A model generated the notes under the pieces. It saw nothing but the letters and a program-made list of their open reading frames with translations, had not been told where the DNA came from and did no database searches. From Candidatus Rokuibacteriota bacterium (GTDB taxonomy: Bacteria > Methylomirabilota > Methylomirabilia > Rokubacteriales > CSP1-6), in NCBI GenBank assembly GCA_003220685.1, contig QHTE01000048.1, forward strand, positions 95,029 through 159,028: 64,000 nt of DNA. Reading direction: 5' to 3'. Shown in pieces: positions 27,687-37,336 of the stretch. How positions within the stretch are numbered: the stretch's first letter is position 1; the number at the start of each line of letters is the position of its first letter. The translations under genes were made by a program, and so were the position numbers.

Positions 27687-28568
27687 TCAGGTTTGCAGAT
27701 CTCCGACCGCGGCGGACAGCGCTTCGAGCTCCGCCCGCCACGACTTCGGCGCGACGACCGGCCGCACGACGAACTTCGAGAAGCCGACCCCGATGAACCG
27801 CTCGATGACGGCGCGCAAGGCCGGCAAGCCCACCGGCGTGAGCTCGACCGATCGGGGACGCCGGGCGGTCATCACCTTGGCCATCTGCGGGTCGATCGGG
27901 TCGCGGGCGTAGCCGAGGCTGACGCCGAAGTGCTCGGGGCTGATCGTGCGCCCGGCCCGCGCCGCGACGTCCTCGATCACGGCGCGGCCCGCCCTGGCCT
28001 CCTCGGGCGTGCACTGCGAGGGCAGCCAGCCATCCGAGAGCCGCCCGCACCGCTCGAGCGCCGCGGGCACCGTGCCGCCGAGCCACACTTCGAGCGGCTG
28101 CTGGATCGGCAGAGGCCAGAGCTTCACGTCGCGAAAGCTCCCGGCGACGCCGTCGTAGCTGAGGGTCTCGCCCGCCCAGAGGCGCCGCAGGAGCGGCAGC
28201 GCTTCGTCGATGAGCGCGCCGCGGCGCTTGGGCTCGAGGCCGATGGCGTCGCGCTCGGGCGCGTAGGTGAGCCCGGGAACCAGGGTCACCAGCAGCCGCC
28301 CGTTCGACAGCACGTCCAGGCTCGCGAGCTGCTTGGCGAGCCGCACGACGTTCCGTCCCGGGAGCAGCATCGTCGTGCCGATCTTCAGCCGCGGATTGCT
28401 GGCGGCGGCCCATGCGAGACCGACCACCGGATCGAACACCTGGCCCGTCAGCACCTCCGAGAGCCAGAGCGAGTCGAATCCCATGTCGTCGAGACCCGTG
28501 ACGAGCTCGGTCAACGCGCCGGTCGAGGCCGATGCGCCGCCGATTCCCACACCGATTCGGATCTTCAT
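27687..28568 (-). CDS. LLM-class F420-dependent oxidoreductase
   Basis: 293 aa. 'MKIRIGVGIG...FDSLWLSE' and 'LSNGRLLVTLVPG' fit the luciferase-like monooxygenase fold. Confidence 0.85.
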   Translation of the reverse strand: MKIRIGVGIGGASASTGALTELVTGLDDMGFDSLWLSEVLTGQVFDPVVGLAWAAASNPRLKIGTTMLLPGRNVVRLAKQLASLDVLSNGRLLVTLVPGLTYAPERDAIGLEPKRRGALIDEALPLLRRLWAGETLSYDGVAGSFRDVKLWPLPIQQPLEVWLGGTVPAALERCGRLSDGWLPSQCTPEEARAGRAVIEDVAARAGRTISPEHFGVSLGYARDPIDPQMAKVMTARRPRSVELTPVGLPALRAVIERFIGVGFSKFVVRPVVAPKSWRAELEALSAAVGDLQT

Positions 28569-28586
28569 GTCTCCCTCGTCCTCCTC

Positions 28587-28898
28587 CTAGAGAGCCACCG
28601 AGAGTCCCGCGTCGACCGTCAGCACCTGGCCCGTGACGGCGGTCGCGCTCGGCAGATCGGTGATGTCGAAGGCCGTCGCGAACGCGCCGGGAATGCTCTT
28701 CGCCACCGCGTCGGCTCGCTGCGCGTCGCGGCCGTTGATCCCGACGACGGCGCCGGCGGCCGCCATGCCCCGCGCGATCTCGAGCCCGAGCCCCCGGGTC
28801 GCGCCGGTGATCAGCGCGACGCGGCCGGTGAGCGAGAAGCGTTCGAGCCCCGATCCGAGCGGACGCGTCATTGACAGGCGTCTCTCCGATTCTGACAA
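28587..28898 (-). pseudogene. short-chain dehydrogenase/reductase remnant (in-frame internal deletion)
   Basis: 103-aa ORF. SDR N-terminus 'LTGRVALITGATRGLGLEIARGMAAAGAVVGINGRD...AFDITD' is joined directly to the SDR C-terminus 'AVTGQVLTVDAGLSVAL'. The ~150-aa catalytic core (S...YxxxK) is missing. Confidence 0.55.
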
Positions 28899-28932
28899 TA
28901 GGCTACCTCATCGGGGGGAAAGGTGTGACGCG

Positions 28933-29638
28933 ATGACGGCCACGAGGACCCGCAAGGACTTTTCCGTGTTCGACTGCGACAGCCACGTCGTGGAGCCGCC
29001 GGCGGTCTGGGGCGAGTACGTCCCGGCCCGAAGCCGCGCCTGGATCAAGACGCAGTTCTGCTCCCACACCGACAGCGACCTCCTCTTCATCAACGGGCGC
29101 GTGGTGCCGGCGGCGCGCGAGCGCTCGAACGCCGCCGAGGTGGGCTGGGCCCGCTGGGACAAGCGCGAAGTCGGCAAGCTCACTCCCGGCACCGCGGCCT
29201 GGCAGGCGAAATTCGGACGCCTGCTGGGCTGCCGCGACCCCCGCGCGCGGCTCGACGACATGGACGCGCTCGGCACCGATCAGGTGATGCTGTTCCCCAC
29301 GTGGTGCGTCCGGCTGGCGCTGGTGCGCAGCGCGGAGGCGGCGACGGTGCTGGCGCGCGCCTAACGAGCGCTGCTTCATCGGCTTCGAGTCGGACGAGAC
29401 GCTGGTCTATCGGTTGTGGGACGTCTTCCAGGACGTCGCGATCTGGTCGTCGGACTATCCGCACCACGACGCGGAAGACGCCTGGGAAGGCCTGGGCCAC
29501 ATGGCGGAGCTCGGCGTGCCCGCCGAGGCGCAGCGCAAGCTGATGGGCGAGAACGCCCGCCGGCTCTACGGCATCGAGCCCGTACTGGCGATCAAGGAGC
29601 GGATCGAGCAGTACGAGCCCGCGATCCTGCCCTGGTAG
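28933..29638 (+). pseudogene. amidohydrolase-2 (ACMSD-like) family remnant (internal deletion plus frameshift)
   Basis: N-terminal part 'FSVFDCDSHVVEPP...DALGTDQVMLFPTW...VLARA' stops at TAA 29362-29364. The +1 frame continues 'NERCFIGFESDE...IWSSDYPHHD...RRLYGI' to 29638. The middle of the barrel is missing. Confidence 0.6.
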
Positions 29639-29654
29639 AGCCGCCGAGACGGCG

Positions 29655-31277
29655 CTACGACCCCGGCCGGGGGATCGCGAAGATGGTCACCGTGGCCGGC
29701 GCCGTCGGCGCGCCCCAGAAGTACGTCGCGCTTCCCGAGGTGGCGGCCACGTATTGCCGGCCGCCCGCCTGATACGTCACGACGCCGCCGTTCATAGGAC
29801 CCGGAACGTTGAATCGATGCAGCACGGCGCCGTCACGCGCGTCGAGGACGAGGAACGTGCCATCGAGCTCGCCCGTGAAGAGCAGGTCGGCCGACGTCGC
29901 CACGATCGCGGCGAGCATCGGGCGGCGTGAGGCGTAGCGCCAGCGAATCGTTCCGGTCGACGCGTCGATGGCCGTCAGCCAGCCGCGCGCCTGCTCCAGC
30001 GGCTCGGGTGACCAGCGCCCGCCCACGTAGTTCCGGCCCGGCACGTGCTGGAGGGTCTCCGCCTTCCTGAAGACGCCGCACCACTCGACCGAATTCACGT
30101 AGAGCGTGTTGATGCGCGGATTGAAGGCGGGGCCGTTCCACTGCACGCCGCCCAGCACGCCCGGACACACGTACACGCCCGCCGTGGTGAGCGGGACATC
30201 GACGTTCTCCCGTCGGGTCACCGCTACCTGATAGAGGTGCGCGCGTGTCTCCCGATCCAGGACGTGGAGCAGCCCATCCTTGCCGACCACCGCCACGAGC
30301 TGACGCCGCACGCCGTTGACCTCGGCGCTGAAGAGGGGGCTCGTCTGGGTCAGGTCCCAGTCGTGGAAGTCGTTCGGCACGGCCTGGTAGTGCCACACGA
30401 GCTTGCCGCTGCGTACGTCGAGGACGACCATGGAATTCGTGTAGAGGTTGTCGCCGCGCCGGACGTCGGTGTAGAGATCGGGCGCCGGATTGCCGACGGG
30501 GACGTACAGCAGTCCCCTGGCGGGGTCGAGCGAGAACGGCGTCCACACCGCGCCGCCGCCGGTGAGCACGTCCGTCGCCGACCACGTCTCGGCGCCGGGC
30601 TCGCCCGGTCTCGGCCGCGTGTTGAATCGCCACACCTGTTCGCCGTTCTCCAGACGGAAGGCGCCGACCCACCCCTTGATGGGTACTTCGTTTCCCGCCG
30701 GCCCGGCGATCACCAGATCCTCGACGAGGACCGGCGGCATCGTGAAGGTCTCTCCGATGTCGCCGTTCGCCGCCGCCCGCTCCCAGAGGAGTCGTCCACT
30801 CTCGGCGTCGATCGCCAGGAGATAGCCGTCGAGCGTGCCGCGGACGATCTTGCCTTCCTTCACGGCGACGCCGCGGCTCTGCGGCCAGTTCTCTCGGGCC
30901 TTGGGCACCCAGTCGTGTCGCCAGCGAACCTGGCAGGTCGCGGCATCGAGCGCGATCGTGGCGTGTGAGGTGGTGAGATACATGACGCCGCGGTAGACGA
31001 TCGGGTTCGTGTGAAACGGGCGGATCCCCCCGATCTCGTACGAGCACACCGGCCGCAAGGACGGTGCGTTCTCGGGCGTGATCTGCGTGAGCTCGACGAA
31101 GCGCTGTCCGCCGTAGTCATGGTTGGGCAGCAGCCAGTCCGACGCGTTGGAGGCCGCGGCGTTGAGCTCTGCCTGGGTCGGTCCTTGCTGCGCGCCGCCC
31201 GGCAGCACAACGAGCCCGACGAGCAGCCCGCTGACCACGAGGGTGAGCCCCGGCCATCGCCTCCCCACGCGGGTCAT
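29655..31277 (-). CDS. PQQ-dependent dehydrogenase (quinoprotein, methanol/ethanol dehydrogenase family), secreted
   Basis: 540 aa from MTRVGRRWPGLTLVV (signal peptide). 'DWLLPNHDYGGQRF', 'GLLYVPVGNPAPD' and 'HDWDL' are eight-bladed PQQ propeller motifs. The upstream 250 aa of the ORF are junk. Confidence 0.85.
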   Translation of the reverse strand: MTRVGRRWPGLTLVVSGLLVGLVVLPGGAQQGPTQAELNAAASNASDWLLPNHDYGGQRFVELTQITPENAPSLRPVCSYEIGGIRPFHTNPIVYRGVMYLTTSHATIALDAATCQVRWRHDWVPKARENWPQSRGVAVKEGKIVRGTLDGYLLAIDAESGRLLWERAAANGDIGETFTMPPVLVEDLVIAGPAGNEVPIKGWVGAFRLENGEQVWRFNTRPRPGEPGAETWSATDVLTGGGAVWTPFSLDPARGLLYVPVGNPAPDLYTDVRRGDNLYTNSMVVLDVRSGKLVWHYQAVPNDFHDWDLTQTSPLFSAEVNGVRRQLVAVVGKDGLLHVLDRETRAHLYQVAVTRRENVDVPLTTAGVYVCPGVLGGVQWNGPAFNPRINTLYVNSVEWCGVFRKAETLQHVPGRNYVGGRWSPEPLEQARGWLTAIDASTGTIRWRYASRRPMLAAIVATSADLLFTGELDGTFLVLDARDGAVLHRFNVPGPMNGGVVTYQAGGRQYVAATSGSATYFWGAPTAPATVTIFAIPRPGS

Positions 31278-31490
31278 TCTCGTCCCCCCACCCCCCAAAG
31301 TTACCGGCGCACGCGCACGCGGCTGGCTCTCCGTTACCGCGCGGACGGCATGTGTGTCAAGGGCGTACCGGGCACCAGGAACTATGAGCGCCTCGCACGC
31401 TTGGGGCCGCTGCGGTATCATCCCGTTCTCGATACCTCGGTGAGCATTCGCGGCGAGGCCAGGACGTGATGGGACGAAAGGAGTAGCGCG

Positions 31491-33659
31491 ATGACGGCGA
31501 TGACGAGAGCGCTGTGGCTCGGCGTGGCGGGAGTAGCGATTGCCCTGATCAGCGCGGGCTCGGTGGCGAGGCTCGGCGCCCAGCAGCCCAGCGTCGGCGC
31601 GGTGCCGATCGACGCCGACGACATCGGCGGCGTGGTGACTGGGCCGAGCGGGCCCGAGGCCGGCGTCTGGGTGATCGCCGAGACCACCGGGCTTCCCACC
31701 AAGTTCGCGAGGATCGTCGTCACCGACGACCAGGGGCGCTACGTGGTGCCCGATCTTCCGAAGGCGAAGTACACGGTGTGGGTGCGCGGCTACGGTCTCG
31801 TCGATTCGGCGAAGGTCGACGCCGAGCCCGGCAAGCAATTGAATCTCCGCGCGGTCCCGGCGCCGAACGCCGCCGCGGCGGCGCAGTACTACCCCGCCAT
31901 CTACTGGTACTCCATGATGAAGATCCCCGACGCCGACCAGTTCGGCGGCAAGAGCAACATTCCGGCGAACATCACGCAGAGCGACTGGCTCACGGTGGTG
32001 AAGAACCGCGCCTGCGTCGGCTGCCATCAGCTGGGCCAGCTGTCGACGCGGACGATCCCCGCCTCGCTCGGGGAGTTCGACTCAGGGGAGAAGGCGTGGA
32101 TCCGCCGCGTGCAGTCGGGCCAAGCCGCGACCTTCATGCTGAACCCGCTCACGCAGGTGCTCGGCGGCGTGCCGTTCAAGTATTACGGCGACTGGACCGA
32201 TCGCATCGCCAAGGGGGAATTGCCGCACAGCAAGCCGCCGCGGCCGCAGGGCGTCGAGCGCAACATCGTCGTCACGACATGGGAATGGGGCGACCCGAAG
32301 AAGTATCTGCACGACCTGATCGCGTCGGATCGTCGCTACCCGACGGTCAACGGCTACGGCAAGCTCTACGGCTCGCCGGAGTACGCGACCGACGACTATC
32401 CGATCCTCGATCCCAGGACGCACACCGTGACGACCTTCAGGGCTCCGGTGCGCGACGCCGACACGCCGGAAGCGCTCGGGCCCGGGCACGCCGCGCTCGA
32501 GAAGCCGATGGCGCCCTCGCCCTACTGGGGCGACGAGAAGCTCTGGGACACGAAGGCCAACAACCACAACGGGATGTTCGATCGCAAGGGCCGCGTCTGG
32601 TTCGCAGCGACGGTGCGGGGGCCCAAGAATCCCGACTTCTGCCAGAAGGGCTCGGACCATCCCTCGGCGAAGCTGTTTCCGCTCGAGCGCACGAACCGCG
32701 CGCTCACCTTCCTCGATCCGAAGACGATGAAGTACACGTTCGTCGATACGTGCTTCCAGACGCACCACCTGCAGTTCGGCTACGACGCCAACGAGACCGT
32801 GTGGACCAGCGGCGGCGGCCCGGTGGTCGGCTGGGTCAACACCAAGATGTTCGACGAGACCGGCGACGCGGCGAAATCGCAGGGGTGGACCGCGTTCGTC
32901 CTGGACACGAACGGCAACGGCAAGCGCGACGAGTACGTCGAGCCCGATCAGCCGGTCGATCCGACCAAGGACAAGCGGATCGCCGGCGGTTTCTACGCGG
33001 TGATGCCGAGCCCGGTCGACGGCTCGATCTGGGGCTCGGTCGGCGTGTTCGGCGGCACCGCCGCGGTCGTGCGGCTCGTGCCCGGCTCGAATCCGCCCGC
33101 GACCGCGCTCGCCGAGATCTACAACGTGCCGAAGCCGTACTTCGGGATCCGCGGCGCCGACATCGACAAGCAGCGTGTCGTGTGGGCGTCGATGGGGAGC
33201 GGCCACATCGGCAGCTTCGATCGGCGCAAGTGCAAGGGACCGCTCAACGGACCGAAGGCCACCGGCGACCACTGTCCCGAAGGCTGGACGTTCTATCGGT
33301 ATCCGGGTCCGGGCTTTCAGGGGATCGGCGAGAACAGCGCCGAGTCGAGCTACTACACGTGGGTCGATCAGCACAACACGTTCGGCCTCGGCGAGGACGT
33401 GCCGATGTCGACCGGTAATCTGAACGACGGCCTGATCGCGCTGAAGGACGGCAAGATGGTCGTGCTGCGCGTCCCGTACCCGCTGGGGTTCTACGCCAAG
33501 GGCTTCGACGGCCGCATCGACGATCCGGCGGCCGGCTGGAAGGGCCGCGGGCTCTGGACGACCAGCGGCGACCGGGCGCCGTGGCTCATGGAGGGCGGCA
33601 AGGGCAAGAAGCCGATTGCCGTCCACTTCCAGCTGCGACCCGACCCGCTGGCGCACTGA
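31491..33659 (+). CDS. secreted CarboxypepD_reg-like domain / single CxxCH heme-c motif / beta-propeller protein, function unknown
   Basis: 722 aa. Signal peptide, then an Ig-like 'GVVTGPSG..VWVIAE...DDQGRYVVPDLPKAKYTVWVRGYG', then the heme motif 'CVGCH', then a long C-terminal propeller-like region. Confidence 0.7.
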   Translation: MTAMTRALWLGVAGVAIALISAGSVARLGAQQPSVGAVPIDADDIGGVVTGPSGPEAGVWVIAETTGLPTKFARIVVTDDQGRYVVPDLPKAKYTVWVRGYGLVDSAKVDAEPGKQLNLRAVPAPNAAAAAQYYPAIYWYSMMKIPDADQFGGKSNIPANITQSDWLTVVKNRACVGCHQLGQLSTRTIPASLGEFDSGEKAWIRRVQSGQAATFMLNPLTQVLGGVPFKYYGDWTDRIAKGELPHSKPPRPQGVERNIVVTTWEWGDPKKYLHDLIASDRRYPTVNGYGKLYGSPEYATDDYPILDPRTHTVTTFRAPVRDADTPEALGPGHAALEKPMAPSPYWGDEKLWDTKANNHNGMFDRKGRVWFAATVRGPKNPDFCQKGSDHPSAKLFPLERTNRALTFLDPKTMKYTFVDTCFQTHHLQFGYDANETVWTSGGGPVVGWVNTKMFDETGDAAKSQGWTAFVLDTNGNGKRDEYVEPDQPVDPTKDKRIAGGFYAVMPSPVDGSIWGSVGVFGGTAAVVRLVPGSNPPATALAEIYNVPKPYFGIRGADIDKQRVVWASMGSGHIGSFDRRKCKGPLNGPKATGDHCPEGWTFYRYPGPGFQGIGENSAESSYYTWVDQHNTFGLGEDVPMSTGNLNDGLIALKDGKMVVLRVPYPLGFYAKGFDGRIDDPAAGWKGRGLWTTSGDRAPWLMEGGKGKKPIAVHFQLRPDPLAH

Positions 33660-33681
33660 TCGGAATCGGGCGCGACGATCC

Positions 33682-33713
33682 GACGCGGGGCAGCCCAGGA
33701 GCTGCCCCGCGTC
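33682..33713. terminator. perfect 13-bp inverted repeat (hairpin) between convergent genes; candidate bidirectional terminator
   Basis: GACGCGGGGCAGC-ccagga-GCTGCCCCGCGTC lies in the 79-bp gap between the stops at 33659 (+) and 33739 (-). There is no U-tract on either side. Confidence 0.4.
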
Positions 33714-33738
33714 GTCGTCGCCGACGTCCTCGGCGACC

Positions 33739-35448
33739 TTAGTAGTACGCCCCGAACGTCGTCATCTTCCCCACGTCCGGATACAGCACACCCGCCGCCG
33801 CCCTGACGGACGAGCGCGGCGTGTACCAGATCGCGCCGTCGCGCGTGATCGCGAGCTTCGGCTGATCCGTGGTCTGAGGCGTCGGGTAGTACGTGAATTT
33901 CTCGGTCCTCGGATCGAAGCGGATCAAACAGCCGCCCTGGCCGCCGTCGCTGATCCAGATCTGGTCGTGTCGATCCGGCCACACGTCGTAGGGCTCGGAG
34001 AAGGGCATGGGGATGTCGTACTCGACGATCCTGCCGGTTTTCGGGTCGAGCTTGCCGAGCTTGCCGCTGCTGAAGCCGCCGTACCAGACGACGCCGGCCG
34101 AATCGACCCCGAGTCGGCGGATCGTCGTCGGCTGCGTGCGCGCGTCGTACTCCGTGAACTTCTCGGTTCTCGGGTCGAACCGCGCGATCCTGCCCCGGCG
34201 GAACTCGGCGAACCAGACGTTCTCATCGCGGTCGAGGGCGATGCCGTAGGGCGCGGCGCCGGAAGTCGGAACTTTCCATACCCGGGCGGTCTCGGTCTTG
34301 CGATCCCACTTGCCGAGCATGTCGCCGCCGATCACGGTGAACCATACATTGTCCTTCGAGTCGACGATCGGCGTGTGGCCGCGAGCGCCCTGGCTCCGAC
34401 CGGTGGAGTCCATTGGATATCGGATCATCGAGCCCGTTTTGGGGTCGAGCCGGCCGAGGTGGAAGCCGACGGTCTCGGCCCAGAATACGTGGCCGGCGCG
34501 GTCGACGGTGAGACCATGCGGATCAGCCCTCGAATCGGGCATCGTGAAGTCTTTGAACTCGGCGGTGCGCGGGTCCACGCGACCGATCCGGTTGGGGATG
34601 CTGCGGTCGGTGTACCAGACGTTGCCGTCGGAATCGAAGTGCGGCTCCTGCGTCCGCCGCTGCTTGTTGGCCGCATCGAGCTGGCGGTCGAGCGGCAGGT
34701 AGTATTCGATGTACATCGCCTTGCCGAGCACGGTTTCGTCCACAGGGAACTCCGCGTCGACCTTCAAGGCGCGCTTCGTGCTGGTGGGACCGTAGTTCCT
34801 GGCGAGGTACGCGATCACGGTCTCGCGGTCCTTCGCGCTGAACGTGCCGGCGGGAATCATGGCGCCGCGCGGCGCCGTGGGACTCAGCATCAGATCTACG
34901 AAGTGGGTCCACTGTGTCTCGTGATAGGGCCGGCTCGGCAGGAAATTCTTGCCGTGGCAGTTCACGCAGGTCTTCTCGACGAGATCGCGGCCCGGACCGG
35001 CCGGATAGAGCTCGTCGTACGACACCAGGGTCGCGCCCTCGATGCGCGCGGAGAACCCGAACGCGCCCTGCTGCACGGGTTGTGCTGCTTCCTCGCGCAG
35101 TGAGAAGTTCAGCGTCTCTTTCGCCCCGACAGCAAGCGTGAGGCTCTTCGTCTCGGCGGCGAAACCCGGCTTGCGGACCGTGACTTCGTAGCGGCCGGGA
35201 AAGAGGTTGACGGCGCGGTAGCGCCCGCCGCTCGTGTAGACCATGAACAGGACGTTCTTGTCCACGTTCATGAGATGCACCGGCGCCGCCTTGAACGGCC
35301 TGGGCGCCTCGACCGTGCCCGACACGGCGGCCGTGCCCGCAATCGGCGCCGCGTCCTGAGCGCCCGCGGGCGCGATCGTCCTCGTTCCGCCGAGCATCGT
35401 CAGGCCGATCGCGAACAACGTCGTCAAGATTCGCCCCCTCGTACCCAT
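33739..35448 (-). CDS. secreted CarboxypepD_reg-like / CxxCH heme-c / Vgb-like beta-propeller protein, function unknown
   Basis: ATG 35448 with GGAGG about 9 nt upstream. Signal peptide, 'SGTVEA...GRYRAVNLFPGRYEVTVRKPGF', heme motif 'CVNCH', and repeated '..G.VW(F/Y)(T/A)...G.(I/L)GR.DP.T' blades. Confidence 0.7.
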   Translation of the reverse strand: MGTRGRILTTLFAIGLTMLGGTRTIAPAGAQDAAPIAGTAAVSGTVEAPRPFKAAPVHLMNVDKNVLFMVYTSGGRYRAVNLFPGRYEVTVRKPGFAAETKSLTLAVGAKETLNFSLREEAAQPVQQGAFGFSARIEGATLVSYDELYPAGPGRDLVEKTCVNCHGKNFLPSRPYHETQWTHFVDLMLSPTAPRGAMIPAGTFSAKDRETVIAYLARNYGPTSTKRALKVDAEFPVDETVLGKAMYIEYYLPLDRQLDAANKQRRTQEPHFDSDGNVWYTDRSIPNRIGRVDPRTAEFKDFTMPDSRADPHGLTVDRAGHVFWAETVGFHLGRLDPKTGSMIRYPMDSTGRSQGARGHTPIVDSKDNVWFTVIGGDMLGKWDRKTETARVWKVPTSGAAPYGIALDRDENVWFAEFRRGRIARFDPRTEKFTEYDARTQPTTIRRLGVDSAGVVWYGGFSSGKLGKLDPKTGRIVEYDIPMPFSEPYDVWPDRHDQIWISDGGQGGCLIRFDPRTEKFTYYPTPQTTDQPKLAITRDGAIWYTPRSSVRAAAGVLYPDVGKMTTFGAYY

Positions 35449-35493
35449 CGCAATGCCCCTCCGGTCCAACGTGTCCCTCGATCTACCCGTGAC

Positions 35494-36660
35494 CTACCAG
35501 AGACGCCGGCTCGCCAGACGTGCGCCCTCCGCGAGCATGCGGAACTTCTCCCACATGATGCTCGGGTGCACGCGCGCGGTCGCGAGCCCCTGCGCAAATC
35601 CACAGTCGACGCCGGCGATGACGTTCTCGCGCCCGACGAGCCGCGCGTAGCGCACGATCCGCTCCGCGATCAGCTCCGGGTGCTCGACGCAGTTCGTCGT
35701 GTGGGCGACGACGCCCGGGATGAGGATCTTGCCCTCCGGGAGCTTGACCCGCTCCCAGACGTGATACTCGTGCTCGTGGCGCGGGTTCGCAGCTTCGAGC
35801 GAGAAGGCCCCCGCCTTGATGCTCAAGATCACCGGCGCGATCTCCTCCAGCGGCGCGTCGGTCGTGTGGGGCCCGTGCCAGCTGCCCCAGCACATGTGGT
35901 AGCGCACGCGGTCTTCCGGAAGCCCGGCGAGCGCGTAGTTCAGCGCTTCGATGCGCACCATCGCGAATCGGCGGTACTCCTCGGGCGACGGCGCTGGATC
36001 CATCGAGTCGTACTCGGTCACCATGCGCGGGTCGTCGATCTGCAAGATGAAGCCGGCGTCGACGATCATCTTGTACTCCACCCTCATCGCGTTGGCGAGC
36101 GCCCCGAGGTAGTCCTCCTCGGTCTTGTAGAAGTGATTCGCGCGCTGCAATTCGATCGTCCCGGGCGCGACGGCGGGAATGAACGCCTCTTCGAAGCTCC
36201 GGCCGTGCAGCGCCGCCGTGAAGTTGGCGAGGTCCGTCTGGACCGCCGTCGAGCCGCGATAGGCGATCGGCCCGGTGCACATCGAGTTCGCCATCGAGGT
36301 CGTGCCGCCTTGCACGCCGCCCTCGATCTCGCGGTACGCCTCCGCGAATCGGCGCCGGTCCCGGCTCCTCGTCGTCCCGCCGCCGCGCCCGGGCAGGTCG
36401 TTGCGCGTCTCGAAGCCGGTGAGGCGATCGGTGATGTACTGCGCGAAGCCGGATTTCGAGTACTCGCCGTCGCTCGGGACGTCGATGCCGCACTCCTCCT
36501 GCATCCGCACGCCCTCGGCCACGTGACGGGCCAGGATGGCGCGGTCGCCGGCACTGAACGGGGCGCCGTCCGCTTTTCGGCGAAGTATCTCGACCATCTC
36601 GGCCGGCCGGACCAGGCTGCCGACGTGGGTCGTGAGGATGCGGCTCCCGCTGCGCTTCAC
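35494..36660 (-). CDS. cobalamin-independent methionine synthase (MetE) C-terminal-domain-like protein
   Basis: 388 aa from GTG 36660, which overlaps the upstream stop (GTGA). 'ILTTHVGSLVRP', 'HMCWGSW' and 'GVDCGF' match the MetE/UROD-like family. Confidence 0.8.
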   Translation of the reverse strand: MKRSGSRILTTHVGSLVRPAEMVEILRRKADGAPFSAGDRAILARHVAEGVRMQEECGIDVPSDGEYSKSGFAQYITDRLTGFETRNDLPGRGGGTTRSRDRRRFAEAYREIEGGVQGGTTSMANSMCTGPIAYRGSTAVQTDLANFTAALHGRSFEEAFIPAVAPGTIELQRANHFYKTEEDYLGALANAMRVEYKMIVDAGFILQIDDPRMVTEYDSMDPAPSPEEYRRFAMVRIEALNYALAGLPEDRVRYHMCWGSWHGPHTTDAPLEEIAPVILSIKAGAFSLEAANPRHEHEYHVWERVKLPEGKILIPGVVAHTTNCVEHPELIAERIVRYARLVGRENVIAGVDCGFAQGLATARVHPSIMWEKFRMLAEGARLASRRLW

Positions 36661-37163
36661 TGATAGGTTACCCCGGGTAGCGGATGAGCCACGGCCTCTT
36701 CGAGACTCTGGGCCCGGCGCCATTGCTCCGCCGGCCGGCTCTTGCCGTCCGCTCCGATCTGATCCATCGAGGCGTACAGCTCGATGTTGAACCCGTCGGG
36801 ATCCTTGAACTCGATGCCCGGATTGCCCCCCGGGCCACGACGTCCTTCGTAGACGATCGGCACACCCCTGGCGCGGAGAAACTCGCGGATCTGGAACAGC
36901 TCGGACACGGTGCCGACCTCCAGGGCGCAGTGGTGAAAGCCGGGTTGCCCCTCTCGGCGCGGCTCGAGGGGGCTCTCGGCCGGCACCAGCGCGACGGTGT
37001 GATGGTCCGACGCGTTGCGGAGAAAGACCATTCCACGCTCGTTGCGATCGGACACGTGGAACCCCATGATCTCTCCCCAGAACTTCGTGGTCCGCTCGAT
37101 GTCGCTCACCGTGAACACGACGTGGCCCAGTTTCTTCACCCTGACCGGTGTCTCGCGCGGCAT
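36657..37163 (-). CDS. VOC family protein (glyoxalase/bleomycin resistance/extradiol dioxygenase fold)
   Basis: 168 aa from MPRETPV with a GAGGAGGA RBS 7 nt upstream. 'KLGHVVFTVSDIERTTKFW' and 'GFHHCALEV' are VOC beta-alpha-beta modules. Confidence 0.8.
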   Translation of the reverse strand: MPRETPVRVKKLGHVVFTVSDIERTTKFWGEIMGFHVSDRNERGMVFLRNASDHHTVALVPAESPLEPRREGQPGFHHCALEVGTVSELFQIREFLRARGVPIVYEGRRGPGGNPGIEFKDPDGFNIELYASMDQIGADGKSRPAEQWRRAQSLEEAVAHPLPGVTYQ

Positions 37164-37336
37164 GTCTCGGTCCTCCTCGCGTCGTACGGTGTCCGTCATT
37201 TTGTGTCGGCGGCTGGGCGTCGTCAACAGCCGCCCGCATCGCGCCGATCGGGTCCGACACACAGGGTATACTGCGCCTCTGCACATTCGGCGCGACCGAG
37301 CGATATCGCCGAGCGCCTGCACAGAGGAGGAATCGC

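Noticed and set aside
31278-31490. 213-bp divergent intergenic region screened for a tRNA, tRNA-Sec or small RNA
   Set aside because: I could not fold a cloverleaf or find an anticodon-loop (CUUCAAA-type) pattern. The region contains only a short direct repeat (GTTACCGGCGC / GTTACCGCGCG) and a TATCAT -10-like hexamer. It is more likely promoter/operator DNA, which I cannot support further.
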